Shown one piece after another: positions 8,501 through 18,211 of a DNA stretch of 64,000 bases (position 1 is its first letter; each line of letters opens with the position of its first letter). The translations under genes and the position numbers were made by a program. The notes beneath the pieces were generated by a model. The model was not told the DNA's origin, ran no database searches, and saw only the letters and a program-made list of their open reading frames with translations. Source of the stretch: Nanobdellota archaeon. GTDB taxonomy: Archaea > Nanobdellota > Nanobdellia > Pacearchaeales > GW2011-AR1. The stretch lies in NCBI GenBank assembly GCA_038045945.1, contig JBBSXC010000004.1:240425-304424 (forward strand). Reading direction: 5' to 3'.

Positions 8501-10915
8501 AACCCAACAGTAAAATACTTCACAAGCGGACAATACAGCGGACTACCAGCAGTAGTACCAATAGATACAGCAAAAGGGTGGTACGTAGCAACAAAAGACA
8601 GCGAACTAGCGCCATACACAGAAGCAGGACAACTAAGAACATTCTGGATTTGTAACGTAGGAAAAGATGGACTAGAACAATTCGATTACGACACAGACGA
8701 CAAACACACATGCTTCCAAGTAAACCTGGATAAAGGAACACCAGTAGACCAAAGCTACTGCTTTAACGAAGCAGAAACAAGGCAAATAATCAGCAGAGCA
8801 CAACAAGCAATCGGGCAAGCAGGAAAATACGACCAAGGAAGAACAAAAACAAACATCCTTGGAACAAACTACAACATAGAAAAAGTAGCATCAAGCGCAC
8901 CAGGAACACAATGCCAAGACTTCATGAGCCCAAGCGATTGTAACATAATGTTCAATCTGTGCGACCCGGTAATATGCCCAGCAAGCAGATGCGACCTAGG
9001 AGGAACATACAGAGTTGACGACGTAATACAATCAGGAATAGCAGGAAGCATAGCACTATGCTTACCAAACGCAAAAGAAGGAATATATGTGCCAATATGC
9101 TTATCAGGAATATACGCGGGCCTGGACGCATACACAAGCGTGCAAAAAGCACACAGAGACTGCCTACAAAATTCCCTCGCAACAGGACAATACACAGGAC
9201 TGTGTGACGAAATAAGATCAGTATACATGTGCGAATTCTTCTGGAGACAAGCAACACCAATAATAAAAGCAGGAATACCAAAACTAATAGAAGGATTAAC
9301 ATCAAGCAACACCGCAAGAGCTGGAGGAGAATACTCAAACTTCCAAAAAGCATACACAACAGCAGACCAATCAGTAAACTACTTCACACAAGTATACGGA
9401 CAACAAGCATTCTCAGCATTCAAAATAAGAAGCACGGCAGACATAGGAACACAAGTATGCCAACAATTCGCATCAGCAAACTACCCAGACAGCGCAAGCA
9501 TAATAGACTCACTAATAAAACCAGAAAGCCCAGTACAATTCTACGCACAATTCGACGAAATACCATACAGCGAAGCAACAGTACCGCCAACAAGCCAATA
9601 CAACGTATTCTACCACATATACGCAGGAAAAGAAAAAGGAACATACTTCACAGTATACCTAAAGAACCCCCCACAAAACGGGCTATACGCAGGACAAGAA
9701 ACAATACTAATAAACCAAGGGTTCATACCAGCAGGAGAATACGATTCACAAAAAATAGAAAAAACACTACCATCAGGATACAGAGAACTATGCGTAAACA
9801 TTAACGGAAAAGACGAATGCGGATTCCAAAAAGTAACAACAGACTACGGAATAAACACGCTAGGAGACAAATACGCACAAGAACAAGCAACAAACCAAGC
9901 AGTAACAAAAGAAGAAGAATGCATAAACGGAGACTCAAGCATATACTCACTAGCAAATTCGAATCTAGAAGCAGGTCTGGATAATGCTCTAAACCCTGCA
10001 ATATACCAACAAGGAATAATAAGAATGTGCTCTGCACAAAACCCAGGACAAAACGCAGGAGATAACACAGGCCTAGAAACAGTAAGGTGGAAAGACGTAG
10101 GATACTGCACAGACCAAAAAATAAGATGCTGGTTAGACACAACAAGCGTGAAAGAAGTAATAAAAAACAAACAAATACAAAACCAAACAATAGAACAGGT
10201 AAGCCAACAACTTGGAGAACCATCACAAGGACAAGCAGAACAAAGAATAAGCGCAGCACTAGGAATAATAAACGGGGTAACATTCGCAGCAATACAACCA
10301 GCACAACTGTATCCTAGCATAATTGACCCAATGACAGAAATAGAACAAGACGCATTCCCATCATTCACAAAAGTACGCGCAACAGACACAAAATTCCAAG
10401 CATTCATAAAAATAGTAAACGGGCTATACGCAGGACAAACAATAAACAACATAAATACAATAAGCACAAATGTAGCAAACGCAACAGCACAAATAAAAAG
10501 AGACTGCGAAATAACAGGGTACACAATACCCCCAGTAAACCCATTAACTACAGGAAAAACATTACCATTCCTAATAAACTTCGCAGGACAATGCAACGAT
10601 TGGAACACAACAACAGTAGAGCTAATAAAAATTGGAGATCCGAACTACGCAAACCAAGATTTTACTCAACAAACATACCAGCATCAAATTGATTTGCAAA
10701 AAGAAAAAGGAGTATTCTCACAAAACATAGCGCTAACAGAAAAGGGAAAATATTTCCTAAAAATAAGTTTAACATACAAAGACTCACAAGGAAGAACATT
10801 CACAGAAATAAGTTATAACGGAAAAGGAAAACAACAATTCGAAGTAATAGACGGAGGAGCAAGCGGAGCGACAAACCAAAGTCCAGGAGCTCCAGGAACT
10901 TTAGGAAACCCCTAA
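5519..10915 (+). CDS. Large secreted Cys-rich protein (about 1800 aa)
   Basis: Signal peptide MKVKKYYFYITIILLSIIAITNAEA; many Cys clusters such as CQDFMSPSDCNIMFNLCDPVICPASRCD. Start placed at 5519 by alignment with the duplicated promoter element. Confidence 0.8.
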   Translation: MKVKKYYFYITIILLSIIAITNAEAITNFQTFNQERGLVTNNFWDINQKNAICQTGQDMILEIIPGSCSPSVVRSDLLESQNVPVFCQVTGIKINPSVDLGKIASVSFAGSGGLPEGVAGISFYPYRAAVTQTNNLFTSGGVANIGNSLGYVVVVLKQTPVEKDMPGAIMLNLTAKISYDVKKVYGSGKVEYFLQQNTDEEWNENYKEYGIFKGQQYLRLEELSIDGTQAKVSIYKDKDTIINSINLRLGEQSSLLNIPGFYCGAGIRMKLTGSEAPRKKVQLQVDQDTIWLHEGQKFLNEQCVVRSIEITNRTRNNGLEKGIVRISCPKGSYELEISELDQSLGTQNIAWDKVLAGISSDPTKKQIIESFEKAKEEAYLVADLYTSEKRSNNENYKPGQFYGLSDLQELAITAQNLGQYKTELEIQEKIISKYPGTIEELESQKRIGELKNFSYIKANAITTVDFSIHTITIKNYKNPAVSEASVEFDRPAEPRIIGDYIYTTDKNQTAGEAAETWVRIREIKKDSIILQARITETIKDANGKETKNVRSADYTMTEGQTLATINGLNLPGLIGGINGNNVQLKKINLKVEAKVEVVPEILQTGSSSNFTFKVAIEKRGIKISTEKTEEMIRNINESIEKFTKITEKLGQAVETGKAACLAGSSALFIKNFIANAGGAAGSRAEVMNGPDGWYQKCDRLVKSSPSQYNNLNDCLLKNNANIQEDVTKWTEAEKAVNTQFDNVYNKENITGSQQEFIKVFANDVCGGKLKDKQITIEEKTKIICGQGGVFENKEAVIAAYNQGDFTIADAKKVMTASQTYGGANTISQNTDTLGAQKINGFFSNMQRRPGLTTANYAGALGTASGKVFSAYSPDTRIANVEVIEVKAGDKLGGTVDVKEGRYTLISVAPGTRFADPASTTKLAGKVLVVPVTTDASGNVQLNESDPTKNIIIDSNGKNVDTFTRDEYGQVLGQNKISSFKSITESQASCSNYYQNPTVKYFTSGQYSGLPAVVPIDTAKGWYVATKDSELAPYTEAGQLRTFWICNVGKDGLEQFDYDTDDKHTCFQVNLDKGTPVDQSYCFNEAETRQIISRAQQAIGQAGKYDQGRTKTNILGTNYNIEKVASSAPGTQCQDFMSPSDCNIMFNLCDPVICPASRCDLGGTYRVDDVIQSGIAGSIALCLPNAKEGIYVPICLSGIYAGLDAYTSVQKAHRDCLQNSLATGQYTGLCDEIRSVYMCEFFWRQATPIIKAGIPKLIEGLTSSNTARAGGEYSNFQKAYTTADQSVNYFTQVYGQQAFSAFKIRSTADIGTQVCQQFASANYPDSASIIDSLIKPESPVQFYAQFDEIPYSEATVPPTSQYNVFYHIYAGKEKGTYFTVYLKNPPQNGLYAGQETILINQGFIPAGEYDSQKIEKTLPSGYRELCVNINGKDECGFQKVTTDYGINTLGDKYAQEQATNQAVTKEEECINGDSSIYSLANSNLEAGLDNALNPAIYQQGIIRMCSAQNPGQNAGDNTGLETVRWKDVGYCTDQKIRCWLDTTSVKEVIKNKQIQNQTIEQVSQQLGEPSQGQAEQRISAALGIINGVTFAAIQPAQLYPSIIDPMTEIEQDAFPSFTKVRATDTKFQAFIKIVNGLYAGQTINNINTISTNVANATAQIKRDCEITGYTIPPVNPLTTGKTLPFLINFAGQCNDWNTTTVELIKIGDPNYANQDFTQQTYQHQIDLQKEKGVFSQNIALTEKGKYFLKISLTYKDSQGRTFTEISYNGKGKQQFEVIDGGASGATNQSPGAPGTLGNP

Positions 10916-10981
10916 GTTAGATTTAATAATAAAAGTAAAAACTTGATAAATAAAAATAAGTAATCTTCTAAGAAAAAACTT

Positions 10982-11875
10982 TTAAGGCCTTTGCTGTGGT
11001 GCACCAATAGCTCCAGGGTGACCAGGTCCGGGTACAGCAGGCTTTAATCCTCTATTAGCAACATAAGAAGCAACATCTCCCTTCTTAAAGACAACAACGT
11101 GACCATAAAGAGTAGGATTAGAAGCACTAGTGCCATTTCTTTCAAGTTGGAAACCTTCCTTACCATCAACTCTAACAAAGTAGAAAGGAAGAACATCAGT
11201 TTGTTTAAGAGTGTTATGGAATTCTTGATCCTTACTCATAGGGAAAACAACATAATTTTGACCAACGCCAAGAGTTTGAGTAACAAAAGGCATGTTAGCT
11301 TCAGTTATAGTTTCAAGAGCAAGATTTGAAGTTGAAGTAGCAGCATTCTTAATTTCAGGCATACTCATTGATGGAACAAGAAGTCTAGCTAAACCATCAC
11401 CAGCAGATAAGTCCCTAACTTTCAAAGCTGGCTTATTAGGATTAGTAAGATCAAATTCAGCAACATAAGGAACATAATTTTCTCCAGCAGGAGAATCAAT
11501 AACAACTTTACCGCCAGGAATTCCTACTTGAGTAACAGAGATTCTAGCTTTATCAGAAGGAATCAATGAAACAGCAGGAAGATAATCTCTATCAACAACT
11601 TCGCCCTTAGGCCCAGTTAAACCAACAGCATAAGCGTTAGCATCATACATTTTAACTCTTGGAACGCCAAAAACATCCTCACTAGCAGCATCAACATTAC
11701 CTAATTGGTAATCAGAGAAAGCGTTATGAGATAAAGGGGTTTTAACAGGTGCAGAAGGAACAACAGGGGTTGTTGGTGCACGAGGAGTTCTAAGAGGATT
11801 AGTCTTACAACCAGCTAAAGTTGATAATGCAAGAGCGCTAACAAGAGCGCTTGATTGAACTAATCTTTTATTCAT
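10982..11875 (-). CDS. Putative lipoprotein
   Basis: Signal peptide ending in an LAGC lipobox, followed by a Pro-rich linker. Confidence 0.65.
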   Translation of the reverse strand: MNKRLVQSSALVSALALSTLAGCKTNPLRTPRAPTTPVVPSAPVKTPLSHNAFSDYQLGNVDAASEDVFGVPRVKMYDANAYAVGLTGPKGEVVDRDYLPAVSLIPSDKARISVTQVGIPGGKVVIDSPAGENYVPYVAEFDLTNPNKPALKVRDLSAGDGLARLLVPSMSMPEIKNAATSTSNLALETITEANMPFVTQTLGVGQNYVVFPMSKDQEFHNTLKQTDVLPFYFVRVDGKEGFQLERNGTSASNPTLYGHVVVFKKGDVASYVANRGLKPAVPGPGHPGAIGAPQQRP

Positions 11876-11957
11876 AAAAATATATTAATAAAAGAGGTTT
11901 ATAAATCTTTCTTTTTGTTGTAATAATAAAGTAGTATCAAAATGATTAAATTTTTTA

Positions 11958-12041
11958 TGCGGGAGAGAGGGATCGAACCTCCGAAGGCACTAAGCCATAC
12001 GCTCCTAAGGCGTATCCGTTTGACCGCTCCGGCACTCCCGC
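11958..12041 (-). tRNA. tRNA-Leu(TAG)
   Basis: GCGGGAG/CTCCCGC acceptor, TACGC-CTTAGGA-GCGTA anticodon arm, long variable arm. Confidence 0.95.
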
Positions 12042-12112
12042 ATTATAATGTCGCGGGGAAACACGTTTAAAAAGTTATGGAATAAACAAAAAAATATTCT
12101 TTGATAGAATAA

Positions 12113-13054
12113 TTATCCTTTCTTCTTAATCTTGCTAGCTTTCTCTTCAGCTTCCTTAATCTTAAGCTTCTCAGTCAAGTCTAACCTATCAATAAGCTCC
12201 TTGTAACGATTACGAATAGTAACCTCAGTAATACCAGCTACATCCGCAACTTCTCTCTGAGTCTTTTTCTCATCATTAATAAGAGCAGCAACATACAAAG
12301 CAGCAGCAGCGATACCCGCAGGACCGCGACCAGAAGTTAACTCAGAAATATCAGCCTTCTTAAGAATCTTGAGAGCCTCATTCTGAGTTTTAGGAGAAAG
12401 ACTAAGAATACTAGCAAAACGAGAAATATAATCCTTAGGAGATGAAGGAGTAACCTTAATAGCTAATTTTCGAATAATAAAACGATAAGTCCTACCTATC
12501 TCTTTTCTCTCAACGTCTGATGCATTAGCTATCTCGTCCAGTGTCCTAGGAATATTATAAGAACGACAAGCAGCGTAAATACAAGCAGCAATGACAGACT
12601 CCATACTTCTACCTCTAACAAGTCCTCTTTGAAGAACAAAATTGTAAACTCTAGCAGCCTCATCACCAACAACTTTAGGCAAAGACAAAAACGAAGCAAC
12701 CCTTCTTAGTTCAGCCATAGCAAGACGAAGATTCCTCTCAATACTAGTAGAAACTCGCTCCTGCCACTTCTTAAGTCGTAAAAACTTTCTTGTTTGTTTC
12801 GATTCTAAACGATAAATATCAGATATTTCACCAACATTAGTAGTCAAACCCTTATCAAACTTTTGAATAGAAAGAGGAGCACCACCACGACCCTTCTTCT
12901 CGCCCTTATCAAACTGAGCATGAACCTCGTGTCCCGTATCAACCATCTTTTCCTCAACTAATAAACCACAATCATTACAAATAACCTCACCACGTTGAGG
13001 ATCATAAGTAAGATTAATACTATCACACTCAGGACACTTTTTTACATAAGACAT
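12113..13054 (-). CDS. tfb: Transcription initiation factor IIB
   Basis: CPEC..CNDCG zinc ribbon and two cyclin repeats (GLVRGRS, SGRGPAG, TQREVA, TEVTIRNRY); ATG at 13054 preferred as start. Confidence 0.97.
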   Translation of the reverse strand: MSYVKKCPECDSINLTYDPQRGEVICNDCGLLVEEKMVDTGHEVHAQFDKGEKKGRGGAPLSIQKFDKGLTTNVGEISDIYRLESKQTRKFLRLKKWQERVSTSIERNLRLAMAELRRVASFLSLPKVVGDEAARVYNFVLQRGLVRGRSMESVIAACIYAACRSYNIPRTLDEIANASDVERKEIGRTYRFIIRKLAIKVTPSSPKDYISRFASILSLSPKTQNEALKILKKADISELTSGRGPAGIAAAALYVAALINDEKKTQREVADVAGITEVTIRNRYKELIDRLDLTEKLKIKEAEEKASKIKKKG

Positions 13055-13133
13055 ATTTTTATTTTTTATTTCAAAAAGAGATTTAGTTAGATTTATAAGA
13101 TTAATCACTCAAGGTTTAAAAACCTTTCTGCAA

Positions 13134-13637
13134 CTATCGAGGAGAAGATATATCAACCCTCACAGAATTAAAATGCGTCAATTTTGTACCATCATACTTG
13201 ACCAACACTTGAAAAATACCTTCCATGCCAAATAATTCTGGAATTCTTCTATCTCCCTCATGCATGGGGTAACGAAAAACGTCTCTATCTGGAATCCAAA
13301 GTGGAGGAGACTTTCTACCCTCCTCTTCCTTTAATCTACCGGAAAACTTAGTAGCAGTATAAATCTCAACAAGCCAATCTTCGGGGCTAGTAACGCTGCC
13401 TAACAATCTATCCTGATTATAAAAAGTAGCAATAGCCTTTAAACGGGGATCATGAACTACTAAACCTGTTTCCTCTTCAAACTCTCTGATCAAGCAATCA
13501 ATTCCCCTTTCCCCTGACTCGGGTCTACCTCCGGGAGCGACATAAAAACCGCTATGGATATCATTTCCTTTTCTATTTCTATGTAAAAAGAGTGTTTCAC
13601 CACCACTTTTTAAATAGCACAAAGTGCCATTGATCAT
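13134..13637 (-). CDS. NUDIX hydrolase (MutT-like)
   Basis: Nudix box GGRPESGE..IDCLIREFEEETG. Confidence 0.9.
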   Translation of the reverse strand: MINGTLCYLKSGGETLFLHRNRKGNDIHSGFYVAPGGRPESGERGIDCLIREFEEETGLVVHDPRLKAIATFYNQDRLLGSVTSPEDWLVEIYTATKFSGRLKEEEGRKSPPLWIPDRDVFRYPMHEGDRRIPELFGMEGIFQVLVKYDGTKLTHFNSVRVDISSPR

Positions 13638-13699
13638 AATCTAATAAAAGAGAAACAAGTTATAAAGATTTATATAAAAAGAAAGAACTTTTCAAAAAA

Positions 13700-14074
13700 T
13701 TATTTTGATTCAGGTAAAAGCACTGCTTGAACATTACCCTCTTGTGAAGGCCTGTTAGTAATTCTAGCCTTACCCAACTCTGTTTCAATAACAGAGCTCT
13801 TTTGAAGAACATTCTGTCTAGCTAAGAAGCGGTTTGATGGAGTCTCAATAACATTAACAATCTTAGAAACTGTTGACTTCTTAGTTTTAGGGTTAAAAAC
13901 ATTAGCAACATCAGCCATCAAAAGAACAACTTTGGAATTACCGCCACGAGTTCTCATCTCTTTAGCCTTAACATTTCCAAGCTTAACAACACGAGACTGA
14001 CCAGTATTATCATAATGTTTTCTCTTACGAGAAGCATGATACAAACCGCCAGATATCTTTTTACCAATCTTCAT
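13700..14074 (-). CDS. rps8e: 30S ribosomal protein eS8
   Basis: RTRGGN, IETELGKARITNRPSQEGNVQAVL. Confidence 0.95.
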   Translation of the reverse strand: MKIGKKISGGLYHASRKRKHYDNTGQSRVVKLGNVKAKEMRTRGGNSKVVLLMADVANVFNPKTKKSTVSKIVNVIETPSNRFLARQNVLQKSSVIETELGKARITNRPSQEGNVQAVLLPESK

Positions 14075-14173
14075 AAAAACAACTATAAGTTTTTGGTTTT
14101 TAAAGCTTTGGTTAGGGTCAAGCCCCTTTGAAGCTTAAGAATAATATAAAAACAATGTTTACTTGCCTAATTT

Positions 14174-14662
14174 ATGAATCACAAAAAGATTTGGGGAAGA
14201 ACGGTAGTACTAACAATGATAACTTGGATAATTTTGTCTTTAGTTATGTGGTATAAGAGATTCTTCATAACTATTTGTATCGCTGAAGCAGGGGTTAAAT
14301 GCCCATCAGGTCTAGAATTATTCGCAAGTTTCTCAATAAGGATAATACCATTTTTTATAATACTCTTCGCGATAATTAGTTATATAATAGAGTATTATAA
14401 GTTAAAAGCGAAAGGCCTAAATATAGACCACTTGAGGGTCTGGTTAATAACAATAATAAGCTCCGCTGTCATATGGGTTATAATCTATTTAGCCGGTTTA
14501 AAAGCAGGATATTTCAGAGTTATGTGCTTTCAAGGGCCGTGCCCCTTACAGCTAGAAGTTTATTTACAGTACTCAAAACTACTGCTGCCAATAATAATTT
14601 TATTATTAGCCGGAATTAATTACTTAATAGAATACTTTCTTGAAAGAAAAAAGCAGCAGTAA
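14174..14662 (+). CDS. Membrane protein with an internal duplication (two TM-C..CP-TM units)
   Basis: Four TM segments; the ICIAEAGVKCPSGLE / VMCFQGPCPLQLE and YIIEY / YLIEY segments are repeated. Confidence 0.65.
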   Translation: MNHKKIWGRTVVLTMITWIILSLVMWYKRFFITICIAEAGVKCPSGLELFASFSIRIIPFFIILFAIISYIIEYYKLKAKGLNIDHLRVWLITIISSAVIWVIIYLAGLKAGYFRVMCFQGPCPLQLEVYLQYSKLLLPIIILLLAGINYLIEYFLERKKQQ

Positions 14663-14716
14663 TCTATAATAAAATTTTGTAGATATATTTAAAAACTAAA
14701 AAAGTTGAGTGACCTT

Positions 14717-14965
14717 ATGGCTAACGGAATTGAAAGACCACTTGACCTTTTGAATCACTCAAAGGGAAAAGAGATCTTAGTACAATTGAACGACGAAAAA
14801 CAGCTAGTAGGAACACTACTTGCATTTGACATCCACATCAACCTGGTGTTAGACAATGCAAAAGAGATGCACAACGGAGAAATGAAAAGAAGCATAGGCT
14901 TAACATTTTTACGAGGAGCTACGATATCATTCATAGCACCAGCATCAACTGCTAGCAAAAAATAA
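14717..14965 (+). CDS. Sm-like archaeal protein (SmAP/Lsm)
   Basis: RPLDLL, GTLLAFDIHINLVL, FLRGATI. Confidence 0.93.
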   Translation: MANGIERPLDLLNHSKGKEILVQLNDEKQLVGTLLAFDIHINLVLDNAKEMHNGEMKRSIGLTFLRGATISFIAPASTASKK

Positions 14966-15066
14966 TCAAGCATTAAATTATCTAGACCTTTGCTTGTCTA
15001 GAAAAAGATGATAAATGATTAATAAATAGTGCTAACTCTAAAAAAAAGAAGCTCATTATAAAAAAA

Positions 15067-15966
15067 CTAAAATTCGAATTTGTCTAAATCATTAGTTAAC
15101 TTAGTATTCTTAAAAACTTCACAAGCCTGATCCAAAAGAATAGACTCTTTATGCTCATATCTTTGAGAAAAATGAGTAAGAAGAAGAATTTTAGACTTAG
15201 ACTTCTTAGCAATAGAAGCAGCTTGACGAGAAGTCATATGCTTATACTCAAGAGCAGTCTCTTCCTCATTATCACCATAAGTAGACTCACAAATAAGAGC
15301 AGTAGAATTCTTAGCTAATCTAACAGCATTATCATTAGGAGAAGAATCAAAAATAATAGTCAACTTCTTACCAGGCTCAGCATAAGTCAAAGACTTAGAC
15401 TTAACCTTCTTACCATTAATAACAACATCCTTACCAGCCTTAATATCCCCAAGCAAAGGAGAATTAGGAATATTAAACTTCTTAAGCTTAGCACTATCAA
15501 TCCGAAGCTTATCCTTACCAACAATAGAAAAAGCCAAGCAAGGAACAGTATGAGTCATTAAAGAACACTCAACAAAGAAATCATCATTCTCAAAAATAAT
15601 ACCCTTAGAAACTTCATGAATAACAATCTTAACCTTTTGATGATGTGGAAAAACCTTGAGAAGCTCAGAAATATTATCCTTAGTACCTTTAGGACCATAA
15701 AACTCAACAGTACGATTATGACCTGCAAGAGAAAGAGTCTGAATAAAACCAGGAAGACCAAGAACATGGTCACCATGCCAATGACTAATAAAAACCTTAT
15801 CAACCTTAGTCAAACTAACACCTGCCTTCCTAAACTGGCGTTGAGTACCCTCGCCACAATCAAACAACAAACCATAATTAAAAGAATTAACAAAAATGCT
15901 AATATGGTTCCTACTAGCAGTAGGGACGGCCTGACCAGTACCAAGAAAAGTAACATCAAACTTCAT
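15067..15966 (-). CDS. rnz: Ribonuclease Z
   Basis: FLGTG..P..RN, DCGEGTQRQ, SHWHGDH, EST, THFSQRY. Confidence 0.96.
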   Translation of the reverse strand: MKFDVTFLGTGQAVPTASRNHISIFVNSFNYGLLFDCGEGTQRQFRKAGVSLTKVDKVFISHWHGDHVLGLPGFIQTLSLAGHNRTVEFYGPKGTKDNISELLKVFPHHQKVKIVIHEVSKGIIFENDDFFVECSLMTHTVPCLAFSIVGKDKLRIDSAKLKKFNIPNSPLLGDIKAGKDVVINGKKVKSKSLTYAEPGKKLTIIFDSSPNDNAVRLAKNSTALICESTYGDNEEETALEYKHMTSRQAASIAKKSKSKILLLTHFSQRYEHKESILLDQACEVFKNTKLTNDLDKFEF

Positions 15967-16024
15967 CCGTATACTATATCAGATACGTTTATAAATTGTT
16001 TTCAAGACTAAACACTATAGAGAT

Positions 16025-16099
<75 letters not shown>

Positions 16100-16164
16100 T
16101 AAGGAAAACATCAGTTGCATTCTGATAAATAAATACTTATAAAGCTACAAATACAAAAGTTATA

Positions 16165-16347
16165 ATGAATAAAGGGTTAACAATAACACTAGGACTAATA
16201 CTAGTAATAGCGCCAATAATCGTAGGATTATACTTTCCATCATGGGGAAGAGCAGCAATAGAATTAGTAAAAGGCGGAATAATGGTAGGGGTAATGCTAG
16301 CGGGACTATTATTATTACTATTAGGAATAAGCGAACTAAAAAATTAG
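16165..16347 (+). CDS. Small two-TM membrane protein
   Basis: 60 aa, two hydrophobic helices, TATA element upstream. Confidence 0.7.
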   Translation: MNKGLTITLGLILVIAPIIVGLYFPSWGRAAIELVKGGIMVGVMLAGLLLLLLGISELKN

Positions 16348-16390
16348 AATTCTAAAAGAACAAAAAAAATCATTATTTAGTAAAAGCTAG

Positions 16391-17593
16391 TTGAACAGGC
16401 AATTATTAATGGAAGACAATGATTTCAAAAAATTATCAATAAAGGCAAGAACTCTAGATTTGACAAAAAAAGATTTCACTGGATCTTCACCACCCGCAGT
16501 ATTCATAGGATCAAAACTAGAATACCCAGCAGTTAACGTGGGAGTACTAAGCGCACAATTCATAAACACAAACCCCTGGGTATACAACACTCCAAACTTC
16601 TGGACAAAAAAAGAATTATCAATAAACAAAATAATAGACTTGAGAAAAAATTTAATCAATTCTAGAATAAAAACACAAGTATCGGCAGCAAGACAAAAAG
16701 AACAAACAAAAATAATAAGGCAAATACAAGAAATAGGGATGGCAGTTAGCAGAGCAGACATAGAAATAAAACTAGAAAAAAAGCCATCTGGAAAAATGAT
16801 TTATGACAAAGAAAACATGCCATTAGGAATTGGAGCAAAAATGAACCAAATAAAAATATTATCAAACACGAAAATACTACCTGAAGTAGAAAGGGTAAAC
16901 TCAGAAAAAGAAATGAGGTCAACAGAAGCAATAAAATACCTATACAAAAAAGGTCTAGGAGAACAATCACTAACACAACTACTATCAATAGGGATAACGG
17001 GAATGAAAAACAAAAGAAAATTCGTACCAACAAAGAACTCAATAACAGCAATAGACGACACAATAGGAAAACAAATACTAGAAGAAATAAAAAACAAAGA
17101 AACAATAGACAAACCAGAATACTACTTCGGAGGACACTTGGGAAACTATTACATAATAATCATGATACCGGAAGTATTCTCCTACGAACTATTCGAAATG
17201 AGCATAAAAGAAGGAAAAATAACAGGCTGTAGCACAGACAACGAAAATTATAACGGGAGAAAAGAATACGCAAAAAACACTGCTGGAGGATACTACGCGA
17301 GCAGACTAGCAATACTAGAAAAACTAAAACTACTAAAAAAACAAGCAGGAATACTAGCACTAAGAATAATAACAGAAGAATACCACACACCACTAGGAGT
17401 ATGGGTATGCAGAAACAGCACGAGAATAGCACTAGAAAAAGAAGGAAAAGAATACGAAACAAAAGAAGAATTAATAGAATCAATAAAAAAGTTAGCAAAA
17501 GAAGAATTCAGAGTAGAAATAGAGCCAATAATTAACAAAAGCATAATACTAAAAGAGATGAATGAACAAAGTAAACTAAAAAAGTATTTCTAA
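16391..17593 (+). CDS. nreA: Nre-family DNA repair protein
   Basis: GSSPPAVFIG..YP.VNVG, VPT..SITAIDD, GGYYASRL, PLGVW, and a C-terminal PIP box QSKLKKYF. Confidence 0.9.
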   Translation: MNRQLLMEDNDFKKLSIKARTLDLTKKDFTGSSPPAVFIGSKLEYPAVNVGVLSAQFINTNPWVYNTPNFWTKKELSINKIIDLRKNLINSRIKTQVSAARQKEQTKIIRQIQEIGMAVSRADIEIKLEKKPSGKMIYDKENMPLGIGAKMNQIKILSNTKILPEVERVNSEKEMRSTEAIKYLYKKGLGEQSLTQLLSIGITGMKNKRKFVPTKNSITAIDDTIGKQILEEIKNKETIDKPEYYFGGHLGNYYIIIMIPEVFSYELFEMSIKEGKITGCSTDNENYNGRKEYAKNTAGGYYASRLAILEKLKLLKKQAGILALRIITEEYHTPLGVWVCRNSTRIALEKEGKEYETKEELIESIKKLAKEEFRVEIEPIINKSIILKEMNEQSKLKKYF

Positions 17594-18211
17594 CTACTTA
17601 GTAAGAATTATTAAACCAGCCTCTATCAAACCAGCAACAATTAACAAAGGAATAACAAAACGCAAAAAAACAAGAACTGACTGAATAAAAATGTGCTTAA
17701 AATTCTTCCTACCATCATGAGTAAAAAAAGAAAAACCAACCCTCACACCAAGGCTAGAAGAAATAAAGATTGCTGGAAGCTCAAAAATGCCATGAGGCAA
17801 GAGTCTCAAAAGGACTGAAGGGCCTGCTAAAGAAACAGTCTTACCAGCAACAAAACCAAGAACATAACCATTAGCGACAGAAACAAAAATAGGAAAAAAA
17901 CCAAATGCTAAACCAGCGAAGAAACTCCAAAAAGCACTAGAAACATTATTATTAATAATAAACAAGAATAATCTCCAAAAACCAAAATCTTTGACCTGAT
18001 CAAAAAGACTGGTAAGATAAACTTGAATTTGATCAGAAAAAAAGTGAGGGTAAACAACACCAATAAAAGAAGAAAAAAAGAAAAGAAACAAAATAAACAA
18101 AAAATAGTTCTTTGATTCAACCAAAAAAGACCAAGAGCGACCGTAAGACACAAAAAACCTCTTAACAAAAGAAGAACTCTTATTACTCCTTGATAAAATA
18201 TTTTTCTTCAT
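17594..18211 (-). CDS. Stage II sporulation protein M family membrane protein
   Basis: IINN, NGYVLG, LLPHGIFELPA, PLLIVAGLIEA. Confidence 0.88.
   Translation of the reverse strand: MKKNILSRSNKSSSFVKRFFVSYGRSWSFLVESKNYFLFILFLFFFSSFIGVVYPHFFSDQIQVYLTSLFDQVKDFGFWRLFLFIINNNVSSAFWSFFAGLAFGFFPIFVSVANGYVLGFVAGKTVSLAGPSVLLRLLPHGIFELPAIFISSSLGVRVGFSFFTHDGRKNFKHIFIQSVLVFLRFVIPLLIVAGLIEAGLIILTK

Noticed and set aside
12035-12059. Leader complementary to the 5' end of tRNA-Leu
   Set aside because: Only about 6 bp, which is compatible with chance.
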